NCBI GenBank assembly: GCA_963774265.1
Contig: CAVZDU010000002.1
Location: 768,001-832,000, forward strand
Source of the DNA: an uncultured Chloroflexia bacterium
GTDB lineage: Bacteria; Chloroflexota; Anaerolineae; CG2-30-64-16
Reading direction: 5' to 3'
Length of the DNA stretch: 64,000 nt
Shown in pieces: positions 9,966 through 20,992 of the stretch. The notes under the pieces were generated by a model that did no database searches, had not been told where the DNA came from, and saw nothing but the letters and a program-made list of their open reading frames with translations. How positions within the stretch are numbered: the first letter of the stretch is position 1; each line of letters starts with the position of its first letter. Made by a program: the position numbers and the translations under genes.

Positions 9966-11121
9966 CTAGTCCAGCCCTATTCCACGATTGTTTCGGTAGT
10001 GCCGGCGAGCGAGCGCAGCCTGGTAGGCGGCGTCGAGTCGCTCGGGCGACACGTCGGCTTGGATATTGTGCGATGGGGCAAACACGAACCCGCCGCCAGG
10101 CGCAAGGATATCGATCGCTTGGCGCACTTGGTCCCCGATCTCGGCTGGGGTAGAGAACGGCAAGGTTTTCTGTACATCGATGCCGCCGCCCCAGAACGTG
10201 AGATCTTTGCCGAACTCCCGCTTGAGCCGTGCGAGGTCCATCTTGGCCGCGGTTGCTTGCACCGGGTTCAAGATTTCGACTCCGGTTTCGATCAGATCGG
10301 GGAGCAAGTCATACACAGATCCGCACGAGTGCAGGAATAAGTGGGCATTTGTATGCGCGTGGATGAAGCCGAACAAGCGCCGGTGACACGGCTTGATAAA
10401 GCGCCGGTACATGCGCGGCGAGATAAACGGCCCAGTCTGCATTCCCAGATCGTCTCCGTGCGCAACCACCTGTACATAGCTGCCCACAGCGGTTAGGAAC
10501 GCGTCCCAGAAGCCAATCAAGTTATCGGTGATCAACTCGAGAAGAGTGCTGGCAAATGGCGGGTCAGAGGCTAGGTCGATACAGAACTGATCGTAGCCAC
10601 GCATAATGCACGCCTGCTCAAAGGGTCCGCCAAGAACGCCGGCCACCAGGGCATAATCCGTGGTATCGTGCAGATGCTGTGCGGCCTCAGCCAGACCGAC
10701 CACCCGACCAGGATCGTTGGGATCGGGCCATTTGTATTTTGCCAGATCAGCCAACGTAGCATGACTTAGTGGACGTTCCACCACATCATAGTAGTAGGCT
10801 GCATGCCGCCAGCGTACGTCGTATTCGTCATAGTAGCTGTCGCCGTCTGCAGGGCGAAGCGCGATGCGCTCCGTCGACCCCAGGCGCAGCGACCGACAGT
10901 CGATTTTATAGTACTTAAGCAGATACCTCTGGAAGCCCAACGGTCCCCATTGCCCGGTTGGAGATAACGGGATCCGGGTCCGGGGGCATCCGCAGATAAG
11001 CGCGCAGGTTGACGTAAGCTACCTGCGTCACGGACGTGACTGTGGTGCCGCCCATGTCGAGCGGTACCTGGTCGGGCTCATTATGACTCAGGGCTACCTG
11101 CACGCGTTCGCGCGAGTTCAT
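9966..11121 (-). CDS. Uroporphyrinogen decarboxylase/MtaA-CmuA family protein, frameshifted near 10925
   Basis: MNSRERV..EPDQVPLDMG start and HSCG, FWGGGID, FAPSHNIQ motifs. Deleting one G in ccagagGtat joins both ORFs. Confidence 0.8.
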
Positions 11122-11136
11122 CCTATCCTGATCCTC

Positions 11137-11865
11137 CTATAATGGGCGGTAGTCATGAGGAGCTGTGGACCCGCGCAGCGCGGCTACAAAGCGGCTGGCG
11201 ATGTGGCCCGGATTTGTGATGGCGGTGCCAACGACGACCGCATGCGCGCCAGCGTCGAGCGCGGCGCGAGCGAGCTCGGGCGTACCAAAGCGCCCCTCAG
11301 CAATCACCGGAGTGTGCACTGCCCGCGACAGGGCCCGTACCAGGCTCAGATCGGGTAGGTCGTCGGGCGATACCGGCAGTTCAGCGGTGTAACCGGCCAA
11401 CGTTGTGGCCACGATATCGGCACCGACGCGCTCTGCTGACAGAGCTTCGTCCAGCGTCGCAATGTCGGCCATGACTGGCAAGCCTAGCTCATCGTGGATT
11501 CGCGAAATCAACCGATCCACAGTGTCGTCCGGCGGCCTCGACCGGTCGGTCGCGTCAATGGCGATAATGTCCGCACCGGCCTCGGCTAGCTCGCGGCAGG
11601 CTCTGAAGGTAGGGGTGATGTAGACGGCATAGCCGGGGATATGGATCTTATGGATGCCCAAGATCACCAAGGCGCTGACGCGCCGCACGGCACGAACGTG
11701 CTCGGGGCTGTTGATACGCAGCCCTGCACATCCGGGTACGTTTACGGCCTGCGCGAGAGCTGCAATGATTTCGGGCCGATTCAGCGGGCTTTCGGGTGTT
11801 GCCTGGCAGGAGACGATCAAGCTCCCTGCCAGGGCCTCTATCTGCTGCGAGGCGAATGGTGGCAT
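11137..11865 (-). CDS. nanE: N-acetylmannosamine-6-phosphate 2-epimerase
   Basis: LIVSCQA, GIHK, YITPT, TTLAGYT, IAEGR and VVVGTAITNP motifs. Confidence 0.9.
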   Translation of the reverse strand: MPPFASQQIEALAGSLIVSCQATPESPLNRPEIIAALAQAVNVPGCAGLRINSPEHVRAVRRVSALVILGIHKIHIPGYAVYITPTFRACRELAEAGADIIAIDATDRSRPPDDTVDRLISRIHDELGLPVMADIATLDEALSAERVGADIVATTLAGYTAELPVSPDDLPDLSLVRALSRAVHTPVIAEGRFGTPELARAALDAGAHAVVVGTAITNPGHIASRFVAALRGSTAPHDYRPL

Positions 11866-11893
11866 AGTACCCCCTGGGCTAGCACATAATCCA

Positions 11894-12940
11894 TCAAGCC
11901 ACCCATGCCTCCGTGGGCAAGTACGGGTAGCGGCAGGGCAGGCCGTCGGCGATCAACAATTGGAACTGTGCGGGAACCATGATGTGCGAGTGCGACGTGT
12001 ACATGCCAGCCTGGCCCGGGCCACTATGCTGGCATAGACCCCCGGGTTGGGCATGGTCGCGCAGCGCCATTTGGAGCCCGTCCATATCCCAAGGCCAGGC
12101 GGAGTCTGCAACAATCGTCTCCAGTCGCTCCCAGCGGTCATGACTGTCACGCAGAAGCTCCGCTGGCGCGGCCATGACCTCCCGCATCTCAGGCAGACAG
12201 AAATGATTGGTGGACCACAACGCGCGGCCCTCGAGATAGCGAACACCGCATCGCGTTGGCGAGCGCTCTACCACCGCGGCCTTGCTACTGGCGTCGGTCA
12301 ACAAGAAGTTGTACCCAAAGTTGATAGGCGCGATCTCGTTAAGGAGCTCCACCGCCTCATCTACCGTTGCGCAGCGGCGAGTGGGAAGCGTCGTGAGTGT
12401 GTTGATTGGGATACCATGATCCCAGTTCGTGTCAGTGACCCAAACATCGGCTACCGAACTTGTCAAGCCCTGGGCATTGACCGCGGCGGCAGTCCAGACG
12501 GTCCCTGTCCATACAACGCGCTTTACTGGCTCACCACAGTCAGGCCTCGCGTGTTCGGCTACGACGAATGGAACTGCCAAAGAGGGGGCGACGTCGTGGT
12601 TATGTCCGTGCAGGACGCCATGAGGGGTGCCAGCGAATGCAACGTTTGTGCAGTGTGCATGATCATCGATGGCGCCGAATTCGACCGAACCATTTAGCAG
12701 AAGTACATCCTGGTAGGCCATCCCCGCGCCATCCGCGATGCCCCGCAGTTCCTCCAAGATATCGGGGCAAACCGCGGCCATGTTGTCCTCCATGCGCTGC
12801 AGGCCCTCTCTGAGACGCTCCTGCGGGATCTTCAGTGCGCCGCAGTAGCACCGAAACAAGTCGTGCGCACCTCGCGCGAAAGCCCGGCCATGACTACGAC
12901 CTAGTTCAACCGGATCGCCTTCAACACGGATTACTCGCAT
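11894..12940 (-). CDS. C45 family (AAT/Ntn) amidohydrolase/acyltransferase
   Basis: GRSHG, ELRGIADGAG, HCT nucleophile site, GHNHD and TNHF motifs. Confidence 0.85.
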   Translation of the reverse strand: MRVIRVEGDPVELGRSHGRAFARGAHDLFRCYCGALKIPQERLREGLQRMEDNMAAVCPDILEELRGIADGAGMAYQDVLLLNGSVEFGAIDDHAHCTNVAFAGTPHGVLHGHNHDVAPSLAVPFVVAEHARPDCGEPVKRVVWTGTVWTAAAVNAQGLTSSVADVWVTDTNWDHGIPINTLTTLPTRRCATVDEAVELLNEIAPINFGYNFLLTDASSKAAVVERSPTRCGVRYLEGRALWSTNHFCLPEMREVMAAPAELLRDSHDRWERLETIVADSAWPWDMDGLQMALRDHAQPGGLCQHSGPGQAGMYTSHSHIMVPAQFQLLIADGLPCRYPYLPTEAWVA

Positions 12941-12979
12941 GCTGTCCTCCCTGCACGAATCAAGCTAGACGGCAACGCC

Positions 12980-13714
12980 CTAGCGCTCGCCAATGAGACG
13001 CAACAGATTATTGCCGAATACTGCTGCGGCGGCCTCGCCTTCTAGACCTAGCAACCTAACCTTGGCCAACTCCACATCCATCATGGAGATGGGCGTGCCG
13101 GAGCCGAACAGCACGTGATCGGCACCCAACTCATCAACTGCCTGGCGCAGGGTACGGATGCCCGAGCGGAATGACGTCTCGACGTAGATATTCCGATGCA
13201 TTCTGGCAGCCGGGACGGCGTCGATCCAGAAGTCAGCAGCGGCAACGTGTCCCATGATGAACGCCACCTCGGGGAAGCGGTCGGCGAGCTCAGCCAGTTG
13301 TAGTGGCAAGGCGTAGATTGGAGTCGCTGTATGGAAGTAGACCGGCAGCCCGACTTCTTGCGCGACTGCGATTACTGGATCGACCAGATCGTCGTGGATG
13401 AAGTAGCCCTGAATGCTCGAGTTGAGGTAGAGCCCGCGCAACCCAGTCGCCACCGCCCGGCGCAACTCCGCGACTGCGGCCGCGCCGTACCAGGGATTGA
13501 CCGTGGCGAAGCCAAACAGCCGGCCAGGAAAGGCGCGCATGGCAGCCACCAGGTAGTCGTTGCCTTCACGGTTGTAGACGGTTACGCAGTCTTCCACAGG
13601 GCAAACCACAGCCTGGTCCACGCCAGCGGCGTCCATCATAGCGATGAGATCCTCAGGCAGTAGCTTAGTGTAGTGACCCTCTCCCAAAAAGCAATTGGCA
13701 TCGACAATCGGCAT
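12980..13714 (-). CDS. Amidohydrolase_2 family protein, degenerate metal site
   Basis: TIM-barrel motifs present, but IVDANCF replaces DxHxH and FGSGTP replaces FGSD. Confidence 0.8.
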   Translation of the reverse strand: MPIVDANCFLGEGHYTKLLPEDLIAMMDAAGVDQAVVCPVEDCVTVYNREGNDYLVAAMRAFPGRLFGFATVNPWYGAAAVAELRRAVATGLRGLYLNSSIQGYFIHDDLVDPVIAVAQEVGLPVYFHTATPIYALPLQLAELADRFPEVAFIMGHVAAADFWIDAVPAARMHRNIYVETSFRSGIRTLRQAVDELGADHVLFGSGTPISMMDVELAKVRLLGLEGEAAAAVFGNNLLRLIGER

Positions 13715-13730
13715 GCGCTTGTACTCCTAC

Positions 13731-14480
13731 TCAATCGGCCAACGCCGGTATGATGCGCAGCACGCTCCCACTGAAAATGAGCTTGCGTTCGTCTTCACTC
13801 ACTGGCAGGCGGTCGATCTTTAGCTTGTAGTACTCCAGGCTCTCAGGACCACCCCATGGAAAATCCGATCCGAATATGACCCGTTCCGCTCCGATGGCCT
13901 CTACGTACCTGGTGATAGCGGACATGGGTGCGCCACAGGGGCACGCAACCAGATTTGGGCAACGCTTGAGCGCTGCCAGCGCCTCGCGCGGGAAGTCAGA
14001 CAACCCGCTGTGCCCGAGCACGATGGTCGCTTCGGGATACTGCTGGGCCAAGTGAGCGATTTGAAGCGGGGTACAATAGGGCGGCGTACCGTCGTGAAAG
14101 ATGACCGGAATGTGCAGGTCGATCGCCGTCTCGATGATTGGGTAGAGCAGAGGATCGAGCACAGAAAACGCCTGCAGCCACGGGTGAAGCTTGAGTCCCA
14201 CCATGCCCAGCTGAGTCACGCACCGCCGCAGTTCGTCGATTGCTAGCTTTCCCGCACGAGGATCTACTGTGGCACAAGAGTAGAGTATCCTAGGATAGGG
14301 CCTAGTCAGCTCGGCCAGCGCGTCGTTCCACTGCTTCTGGTTGCCGAAAAAGCCCTCAGTGGTAAAGGCGAGAGCCTTGCTGATGCCATGCGCCTGCAAC
14401 GAATCTACGAACTCGCCGACGGGCACCCCGCGCTGGGTCACATAGGCTTCGAAGAGATGTGTGTGCGCGTCTATGATCAC
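13731..14480 (-). CDS. Amidohydrolase_2 family metallohydrolase
   Basis: IIDAHTH, GLKLHP, FHDG, LGHSG and FGSDFP motifs. Confidence 0.88.
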   Translation of the reverse strand: MIIDAHTHLFEAYVTQRGVPVGEFVDSLQAHGISKALAFTTEGFFGNQKQWNDALAELTRPYPRILYSCATVDPRAGKLAIDELRRCVTQLGMVGLKLHPWLQAFSVLDPLLYPIIETAIDLHIPVIFHDGTPPYCTPLQIAHLAQQYPEATIVLGHSGLSDFPREALAALKRCPNLVACPCGAPMSAITRYVEAIGAERVIFGSDFPWGGPESLEYYKLKIDRLPVSEDERKLIFSGSVLRIIPALAD

Positions 14481-14502
14481 CGATCATGTCTCCTCTCTGC
14501 GG

Positions 14503-15240
14503 CTAAAGGCTGCGTAGACGCCGCCGATAAGATGCCAGCACCTCATTGTTGAGCTCATCGCCGCCATCCACGTTAGCGCTTCTCAGGACCGGTGGCCGTC
14601 TGCCGCGCTCTAGCAGCCGGGTTATGATCTCGCCGGCAAGCGCTTGCAGTATAGCCGCGCCAGCGATCGTAGAGGTGGCCCCTACCCGGCCTGGCATGCC
14701 CTGGATTTCGATGGCTGCGTCACCCTCGATGCCGCAGTTATCGATCACGATGTCCGCCACCTCAAAAAGGCGCAAACCACTATCATGCCGTGAGGTAACT
14801 GCCTGCGAGTGTTGGAGCGAGGTGAGAGCGACCACGGTTAGCCCGCGTTGACGCGCCGCCAGCGCTGCTTCGACTGGGGCTACGTTGCGGCCAGAATTGG
14901 AGGCGATTATCAGCACCTCGCCTGCCCGCAGGTCATATTGCTCGAGCACAAGGGTAGCATAGCCTGGCGTCCTCTCGAGCAAAGTGCTGGCCTGCGCGCT
15001 GTCGTGGAGCATGAGGCCTGGCGCAAGGATCGCGTTAACGGGCGCCAACCCACCTGCCCGGTAGAAGAGTTCCTCGGCCAGTAGATGGCCGTGGCCAGTG
15101 CCGAATATGTGCAAGACACCTCCAGCCGCCAGCGAATCCGCGATCACGTCGGCAGTCCGACCGATCACGCCAGCTTGTGACATCTCAATCTGGTCAAGCA
15201 GAATCCGGAGTGTCTCAAAATAGGCAAAAGTCATATTCAT
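14503..15240 (-). CDS. SIS (sugar isomerase) domain protein
   Basis: FGTGHGH, FYRAGGL, SNSGRN and SANVDGG motifs. Confidence 0.85.
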   Translation of the reverse strand: MNMTFAYFETLRILLDQIEMSQAGVIGRTADVIADSLAAGGVLHIFGTGHGHLLAEELFYRAGGLAPVNAILAPGLMLHDSAQASTLLERTPGYATLVLEQYDLRAGEVLIIASNSGRNVAPVEAALAARQRGLTVVALTSLQHSQAVTSRHDSGLRLFEVADIVIDNCGIEGDAAIEIQGMPGRVGATSTIAGAAILQALAGEIITRLLERGRRPPVLRSANVDGGDELNNEVLASYRRRLRSL

Positions 15241-15244
15241 CCCC

Positions 15245-16231
15245 CTACGAATCCTTGAGCTGGGCGGCGACGTGTTCTGTGGCCCGCATGCGCTCCATGA
15301 CTTGCGCACCAGTTGTGATGCCGGCGTTTTGCAGTGCCAGCAGCAAGGCGCCCATTACCTGATCGAACAACGGCTGTGCGACCCTGGCCGTCGGGTCGCG
15401 GGCCCGGATCATCGCGGTGAACGGCCCACGCAACGGTGGCCCCGCCCCGAACACACCGCCAGCCGTATAGACGGTTGCGCCCGTACCGGTCATGTCAAGC
15501 CGGGCCAAAACCGTCAGTGCGGCGAGCGCCAACTCCTCCCCCGCCTCCCGCAGAATGTTAAGCGCCACGACATCGCCCCGGGTGGCAGCCTCGCTGACGA
15601 GTTGGGCTACATCCGCGAGATCCGCCCGAGAGTGGGTCCCGGAGTAAAATGCCCCGCGTAGCGCCCATAGATCTGAAGCCGCAAAACGCAAAAGCAGTAG
15701 CTGTCCCAGGACTGTGGGAGGGCCACGGCCGTCGTCGGCGCGACATGCCGCTCTCAGGGCGCGCACCCCGATATCGTATCCGCTGCCCTCGTCACCCGCT
15801 AGATACCCCCAACCCGAAGAGCGTGCCGTTCGCCCGGCAACGTTGCGGCCATAGGCGATGGCACCACCGCCGGCAATAACCACCACGCCCGGCCCACCGC
15901 CCCCTGCGCCAGCAAGTGCAGTGGCCGCGTCATGATCCACCAGCAGCCGCTGGCAAGGCAGGATGCTAGCCGCCACCGCGGGCACCGCCTCCATGCCACC
16001 GGTCATGCCAAAGCAGGCACTCACTACAGGGCCGACCGGTAGGCCACAGCTGGCGAAAGCCGCGGTGATCGCCTGTCGCAGCGATCGCTCCATCCTTGCG
16101 AGTCCGCCCGCCTCGTGAATATGATTGGCAGGACCACCCCGGCCAGCGCCGACCACAGTGCCGTCAAGAAGCGCAAGCGCCGCAACCGTGCTCGTCTGCC
16201 CGCCGTCCACAGCAAGAATTAAGGGCGTCAT
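15245..16231 (-). CDS. BadF/BadG/BcrA/BcrD-type N-acetylhexosamine kinase-like protein
   Basis: AVDGGQTST and GWGYLAGDEGSGYDIG motifs. Confidence 0.85.
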   Translation of the reverse strand: MTPLILAVDGGQTSTVAALALLDGTVVGAGRGGPANHIHEAGGLARMERSLRQAITAAFASCGLPVGPVVSACFGMTGGMEAVPAVAASILPCQRLLVDHDAATALAGAGGGGPGVVVIAGGGAIAYGRNVAGRTARSSGWGYLAGDEGSGYDIGVRALRAACRADDGRGPPTVLGQLLLLRFAASDLWALRGAFYSGTHSRADLADVAQLVSEAATRGDVVALNILREAGEELALAALTVLARLDMTGTGATVYTAGGVFGAGPPLRGPFTAMIRARDPTARVAQPLFDQVMGALLLALQNAGITTGAQVMERMRATEHVAAQLKDS

Positions 16232-16344
16232 CGTTACGCTGATCTTCCAGCCCTCCACAATCCAACGGAGCAACGCTGGCCGGACTCAAGGGCTTGCCGA
16301 CCAGCAAGCTCCAATGTGTACAGATCTGCGTCACGCGATGGGGA

Positions 16345-17358
16345 CTAGCTCAGGACCACAGGCTGGTGCGTCCGCGCCGACTCCATCACCGCTTCAGCGA
16401 TCTCCATAGCCAGGATCGCATCGGCCGCATTGGTGAGTGGCTCCCGTCCGGTGAGAATGCAATTCGCGAAGTGCTCGATCTCGTACACGAACGACGAGCG
16501 CAGTTCGCCGTAGGCCCGCGGCATGAAGGTGGTGTCCGGGAATACAGTGCCTGCATCGGTGCTCAGTTTGATTCCCTGGTCGTTGAGCTGCATGTCAAGG
16601 CGACCCGTAGTGCCTTGGACAGCCACGCCCCCGTCAAAACCGCTCGGGTGACCACCGGGTAGGATCCAGCCGGTCTCGCAGACCGCCAACACGCCATTCT
16701 CGAAGTTGATCATGGCCCAGTTGGTATCTTCTACGTTATAGCCCAGGCCTTTGAGGACAGTCCACTGTGACTCAGCATATACCCGGGTCGGTTTGCTATT
16801 CGCAAACCAATGTGCCACGTCATAGTCGTGTACGCCGAGGAACACCGGCAGTGGTGAGCGGCCGTGCAACCGGTTCTGTGCCCCCCTGCCATTGAGGCGA
16901 CGGGTGTAAACACACTGCACCTGGCCGATACTGCCTGAGTCGACGGCCTGCTTCATGAGGCAGTAATGAGTCGCGTACCTTAGCACATGCCCAACCATCA
17001 GAGTAGCCTTGCCCCCAGCATTGGCTGCAGCGATCTTGCGGCCATTAGCAACTGTGTCGGCAATCGGCTTCTCCACCATCACCGACTTGCCGTGCTCCAG
17101 CGCACAGACGCTCGGGTCCACATGCGCGTCTTCTGAGGTAGCGACAATGATCGCCTGCAGCTCGGGACGGGCGATCAGATCGGCGAAGTTGTTGTAGAAC
17201 GGTACGGAGAACTGATTGGCGGCGGCTTCGCCCGTCTGCTCGTCGATGTCGGATACGCCAACCAGTTGCGTGCCCGGAAGTTGGGTGCAGATCTGGGCGA
17301 ACGCCCGTCCCATGAACCCCATGCCAACTACACCGATACCCAGACGCGAATTTGTCAT
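16345..17358 (-). CDS. Gfo/Idh/MocA family oxidoreductase
   Basis: GVVGMGFMG, VEKP and GVHDYD motifs. Confidence 0.9.
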   Translation of the reverse strand: MTNSRLGIGVVGMGFMGRAFAQICTQLPGTQLVGVSDIDEQTGEAAANQFSVPFYNNFADLIARPELQAIIVATSEDAHVDPSVCALEHGKSVMVEKPIADTVANGRKIAAANAGGKATLMVGHVLRYATHYCLMKQAVDSGSIGQVQCVYTRRLNGRGAQNRLHGRSPLPVFLGVHDYDVAHWFANSKPTRVYAESQWTVLKGLGYNVEDTNWAMINFENGVLAVCETGWILPGGHPSGFDGGVAVQGTTGRLDMQLNDQGIKLSTDAGTVFPDTTFMPRAYGELRSSFVYEIEHFANCILTGREPLTNAADAILAMEIAEAVMESARTHQPVVLS

Positions 17359-17427
17359 TTTGTTCCTCCTGTGCATGAATGGATCGGTTGAGAGCTGCCA
17401 AGGCTCTCATGACGACCGCAGGGATGG

Positions 17428-18330
17428 TTACTGCATTTTGCCGTGACTCATTTGTTTCTGCATCGCATCGGCCATGATGTTGAGGCACAGCACGAGTAGC
17501 GTCAAGAAGATTCCAGGGAACAGGCCATACCAAGGCGCGCGGTAGAGCAGCTCGCGTCCGGTATTGAGCATCTGGCCCCAGGATGGCGTGGGCGGTTTCG
17601 CACCAACACCCAGGAAGCTGAGCGCGGCTTCGAGCAGAACCGCCCAACTGGCGTTGACCGCGACCTGCACCAGGAGCGGTGGCAGGCAGTTGGGTAGAAT
17701 CGTGCGTAGCATAATACGAACGTCCCGGCAACCAATCACGCGCGCTGCCTCGACGTACTCCAAGTTTTTTTGCTGCAGCGTAGTGGCGCGCACCAAGCGC
17801 GCGAAGGCGGGCACGCTGACGATGATTACGGCGATCATGCCATTGGTGGATGACTGGCCAAGTACAGCCACAAGCCCAAGTGCCAGCAGAATCGCCGGAA
17901 AGGCCAAAATGGTATCCACCAGGCGCATGATGAAGGCATCGGTCAGGCCGCCAAAGTACCCTGCGAGCAGTCCCATCGGAATGCCGATAGCGCTGGCCAC
18001 GATCACTACCACGGCTGCGGTCAGCACCGAGATACGAGCACCGAAGATGACCCGACTGAGGATGTCACGACCGAACTCATCGGTCCCAAACGGGTGCGAA
18101 GCTGAGGGCGCTTGCAGCGCCTCCTTTGGGGCCATGACGAGGGGATCATAGGGAGCCACGAACGGGGCAGCGACCGTCATGAGTACCATTGCTAGCAGCA
18201 CTATCGCAGCGGCCGTCCCGGCGATGCCACCTAGTAGGGGTTCGCGGCGACGGGTCCGCTTCCGATCTCCACCCCCGGCGGACTTGCTGATGCGACTAAC
18301 CTGTGAGGCTAGCCCGCTACTCTCGCTCAT
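17428..18330 (-). CDS. Peptide/nickel-type ABC permease (DppC-like)
   Basis: HPFGTDEFGRDILSR, EAA loop (YVEAARVIG) and LSFLG motifs. Confidence 0.92.
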   Translation of the reverse strand: MSESSGLASQVSRISKSAGGGDRKRTRRREPLLGGIAGTAAAIVLLAMVLMTVAAPFVAPYDPLVMAPKEALQAPSASHPFGTDEFGRDILSRVIFGARISVLTAAVVVIVASAIGIPMGLLAGYFGGLTDAFIMRLVDTILAFPAILLALGLVAVLGQSSTNGMIAVIIVSVPAFARLVRATTLQQKNLEYVEAARVIGCRDVRIMLRTILPNCLPPLLVQVAVNASWAVLLEAALSFLGVGAKPPTPSWGQMLNTGRELLYRAPWYGLFPGIFLTLLVLCLNIMADAMQKQMSHGKMQ

Positions 18331-19271
18331 TGGGCCCGAATCCTCGGATCTAGCACACCGTACACCAGATCCGTGGCGAGGTTCACCAGCATGTACACGA
18401 CAACAGCCATCAGGGTCACGGCCTGTACGACACTATAGTCGCGGGACAGGATCGAAGTGATCAGCAGACGCCCGACTCCGGGCCAGTTGAAAATCGATTC
18501 GACGATGACGGTCCCACCCAGCAGTCCCCCAAATTGGATCCCAAACACCGTCACGACCGGAATAAGGGCGTTCTTTAGGATGTGACGCCAGACCACGGAA
18601 GAGCGTGCCAGGCCTTTGGCATATGCAGTGCGCACGTATTCTTGTTGCATGGTTTCCAGCATCGACGACCTAACAAAACGCGTGAAAATCGCTGACAGAT
18701 ATAGCGCCTCCGTCACAGTTGGCAGAATGATTGCTTTGAGTCCCGCGACTGGATTTTCAGTAATCGAGACATAACCTGAAGGAGGGAGCAGTTTCAGGGT
18801 GAGGGAGAAAAGCAACACCAGGAGCATCGCCAGCCAGAAGTTGGGCACGCCCAAGCCGAGGCTGGTATAAACGCTGATCAGGTGATCAAGCCAGCTTCCG
18901 CGCTTCATCGCGGCCAGCGCGCCGAGTGGAATCGAGATGACGATGGCAGACAGCAGTGCGGCGCTGGCTAGTTGGATCGTGGCAGGTAGTTTCTGCGAGA
19001 TCAAGTCGCTGACCGGGAAGCCGTTAAGGAACGATTCACCCATGTCGCCACGTGCCAAGTTACCAAGCCAGATCAGGTACTGCGTGTAGACAGGTTGGTC
19101 GAGGCCCATTTGAATACGCAGACGGGCGATCTGATCTGCCGAGGCATTCGGGCCCAACAGAACCACCGCGGGATCGCCCGGAATGGCTCGTATCATGGCA
19201 AACACGAGAACCGAGACCAGGATAAGGACCGGGATGGTCTGTAAAAGCCGTTTCCCGATGTACTGACCCAT
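18327..19271 (-). CDS. Peptide/nickel-type ABC permease (DppB-like)
   Basis: PGDPA, YVRTAYAKGL and VESIFNWPGVG motifs. Confidence 0.92.
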   Translation of the reverse strand: MGQYIGKRLLQTIPVLILVSVLVFAMIRAIPGDPAVVLLGPNASADQIARLRIQMGLDQPVYTQYLIWLGNLARGDMGESFLNGFPVSDLISQKLPATIQLASAALLSAIVISIPLGALAAMKRGSWLDHLISVYTSLGLGVPNFWLAMLLVLLFSLTLKLLPPSGYVSITENPVAGLKAIILPTVTEALYLSAIFTRFVRSSMLETMQQEYVRTAYAKGLARSSVVWRHILKNALIPVVTVFGIQFGGLLGGTVIVESIFNWPGVGRLLITSILSRDYSVVQAVTLMAVVVYMLVNLATDLVYGVLDPRIRAQ

Positions 19272-19369
19272 CAGCTCTCCTTCGCAGCATGCTTGGGCGT
19301 TAGCTGGCCGCCGGGAGATCGCCTGAGGCTAACCCTCGGCGGCCTGAGTCTATCCGTGTCCTATCAGGG

Positions 19370-20992
19370 CTACGCCTTGAACGCGTTGATCAACCGCAAC
19401 TGATCGTAGACGCCGAAGCCGAACCCCTGGACGGACTTCTGTAGAGCAAACAGATCGTAACGGAAGGCAATGGGGGCAGCCCACATCTCTTCCATGAAGG
19501 TGGTGGCAGCTAACTTCATAGCAGCCTTCTGCTTTTCGACATCAAACAATGCATCGGTCTGGGTGATGCCGTCTACCCAACCTTTCGGCGGGATGCCGTC
19601 GGGGAAGACAGAGTTGTCGCTGACTGCGAAGTTGTTGCTCAACGTGATGCGAGTCGGGAACCACTGCGTGCCGCCAGCGAAGGAGAAAGTGGCCGTGTAC
19701 GTGCCATCGATTAGGATGGGGATCCACTGTGCCGCATCCATCGGCTGGATGGTGACCGTGCTGCCTATCTGAGCGAGGCTGGCCTTGAGTATCTCGGCGA
19801 ACTTGGCCAACTCCGGGAAGCTGTTGGGCGTCTCGATGTTGAACTCGATACCGTTCGGATAGCCGGCCTTGGTCAGCAGTTCCTTGGCTTTATCCAAGTT
19901 GTAGTCATACATTCCGTCGAATTCGGGGAAGTAGCCGGGAGAGAACTTCGGCCAGGGCGAAGTGATGGGATCAGAGAGATTGAAGAGAACGTTCTGACAC
20001 ATCGTCTCTCGGTCGAGCGCAAATGCCATGGCCTGACGCACTTCCTTCTTATCGAATGGCGGTTTCTTGGTCTGCATGCTCAGGAAGTAGAAGTTGGCCG
20101 CGTCCTGACCGCGCACGATGGTGAACTTATCCTTCAAGCGCTCGGTGTCGCTGGGCGGGATGTTCATGGCAATGTCGAGGGTGCCGCCTTCCAGTGCAGA
20201 GACCATGGCGGCGGCATCGCTGAAAATGTTGATGCGTGCAGTATCGAGCAATGGCTTGCCCTTGTCCCAGTAGTCAGGATTCTTGACCAGCGCAAGGTGG
20301 TCGTTGGGCACCCATTCCTTGACCTTGAAGGGGCCACTGCCGGCTGCCTGGCCTTTCAGGGAATCAAAGGCGCTGGGTTTGATCAAGGACATGAAGCCCA
20401 TCGCAGGCACGATGTACGCAGGCGGGCTAGAGAAGACGACGTCGATAATGTCGTTGCCACTCGCAGTGGCGCTCTTGACCGCCTTCCAGCTCTGATACTG
20501 GTGGCCAGCAGTGTCGATATTGGTCGCGCGCATTATGCACTTCACAACGTCGTCGGTCGTTGCCACCGTGCCATCATGGTACTTGATGCCCTGGCGCACC
20601 TTAAGCTTCATGCTCAAACCGTCGGCGCTGGGCGTCCATTCGGTGATGACACCCGGCGAGGGCTGCACGTTATTGTCCAAGCGCAGGAATTGATCGTAGA
20701 CGTTCTCGGTCATCGGGTAGTTAGCGAACGTCATCACAAAGGGATCGAGGTTGGTGAGATCACCCACAGTGCCCACGACAAGATTACCACCGCTGGTCGC
20801 GGCGACAGGTGCTGCAGTTGCGGCGGGAACAGCAGGAACAGTGGTCGCGGCTGCCGCCGGGGCCGAGGTGGCCTGGACGGCTGGAGCGGGAGCAGATGGT
20901 GCACAGGCGGCCACGACGGTCGTGGCCGCGAGAGCCGCACCCCCCTTCAGGAACTGTCGGCGACTGATCTTCGAACGTTGACTGAATGACAT
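19370..20992 (-). CDS. Family 5 ABC substrate-binding lipoprotein (Tat)
   Basis: SRRQFLK signal, AAC lipobox, Ala/Pro linker, GSGPF and KEVRQAM motifs. Confidence 0.92.
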   Translation of the reverse strand: MSFSQRSKISRRQFLKGGAALAATTVVAACAPSAPAPAVQATSAPAAAATTVPAVPAATAAPVAATSGGNLVVGTVGDLTNLDPFVMTFANYPMTENVYDQFLRLDNNVQPSPGVITEWTPSADGLSMKLKVRQGIKYHDGTVATTDDVVKCIMRATNIDTAGHQYQSWKAVKSATASGNDIIDVVFSSPPAYIVPAMGFMSLIKPSAFDSLKGQAAGSGPFKVKEWVPNDHLALVKNPDYWDKGKPLLDTARINIFSDAAAMVSALEGGTLDIAMNIPPSDTERLKDKFTIVRGQDAANFYFLSMQTKKPPFDKKEVRQAMAFALDRETMCQNVLFNLSDPITSPWPKFSPGYFPEFDGMYDYNLDKAKELLTKAGYPNGIEFNIETPNSFPELAKFAEILKASLAQIGSTVTIQPMDAAQWIPILIDGTYTATFSFAGGTQWFPTRITLSNNFAVSDNSVFPDGIPPKGWVDGITQTDALFDVEKQKAAMKLAATTFMEEMWAAPIAFRYDLFALQKSVQGFGFGVYDQLRLINAFKA

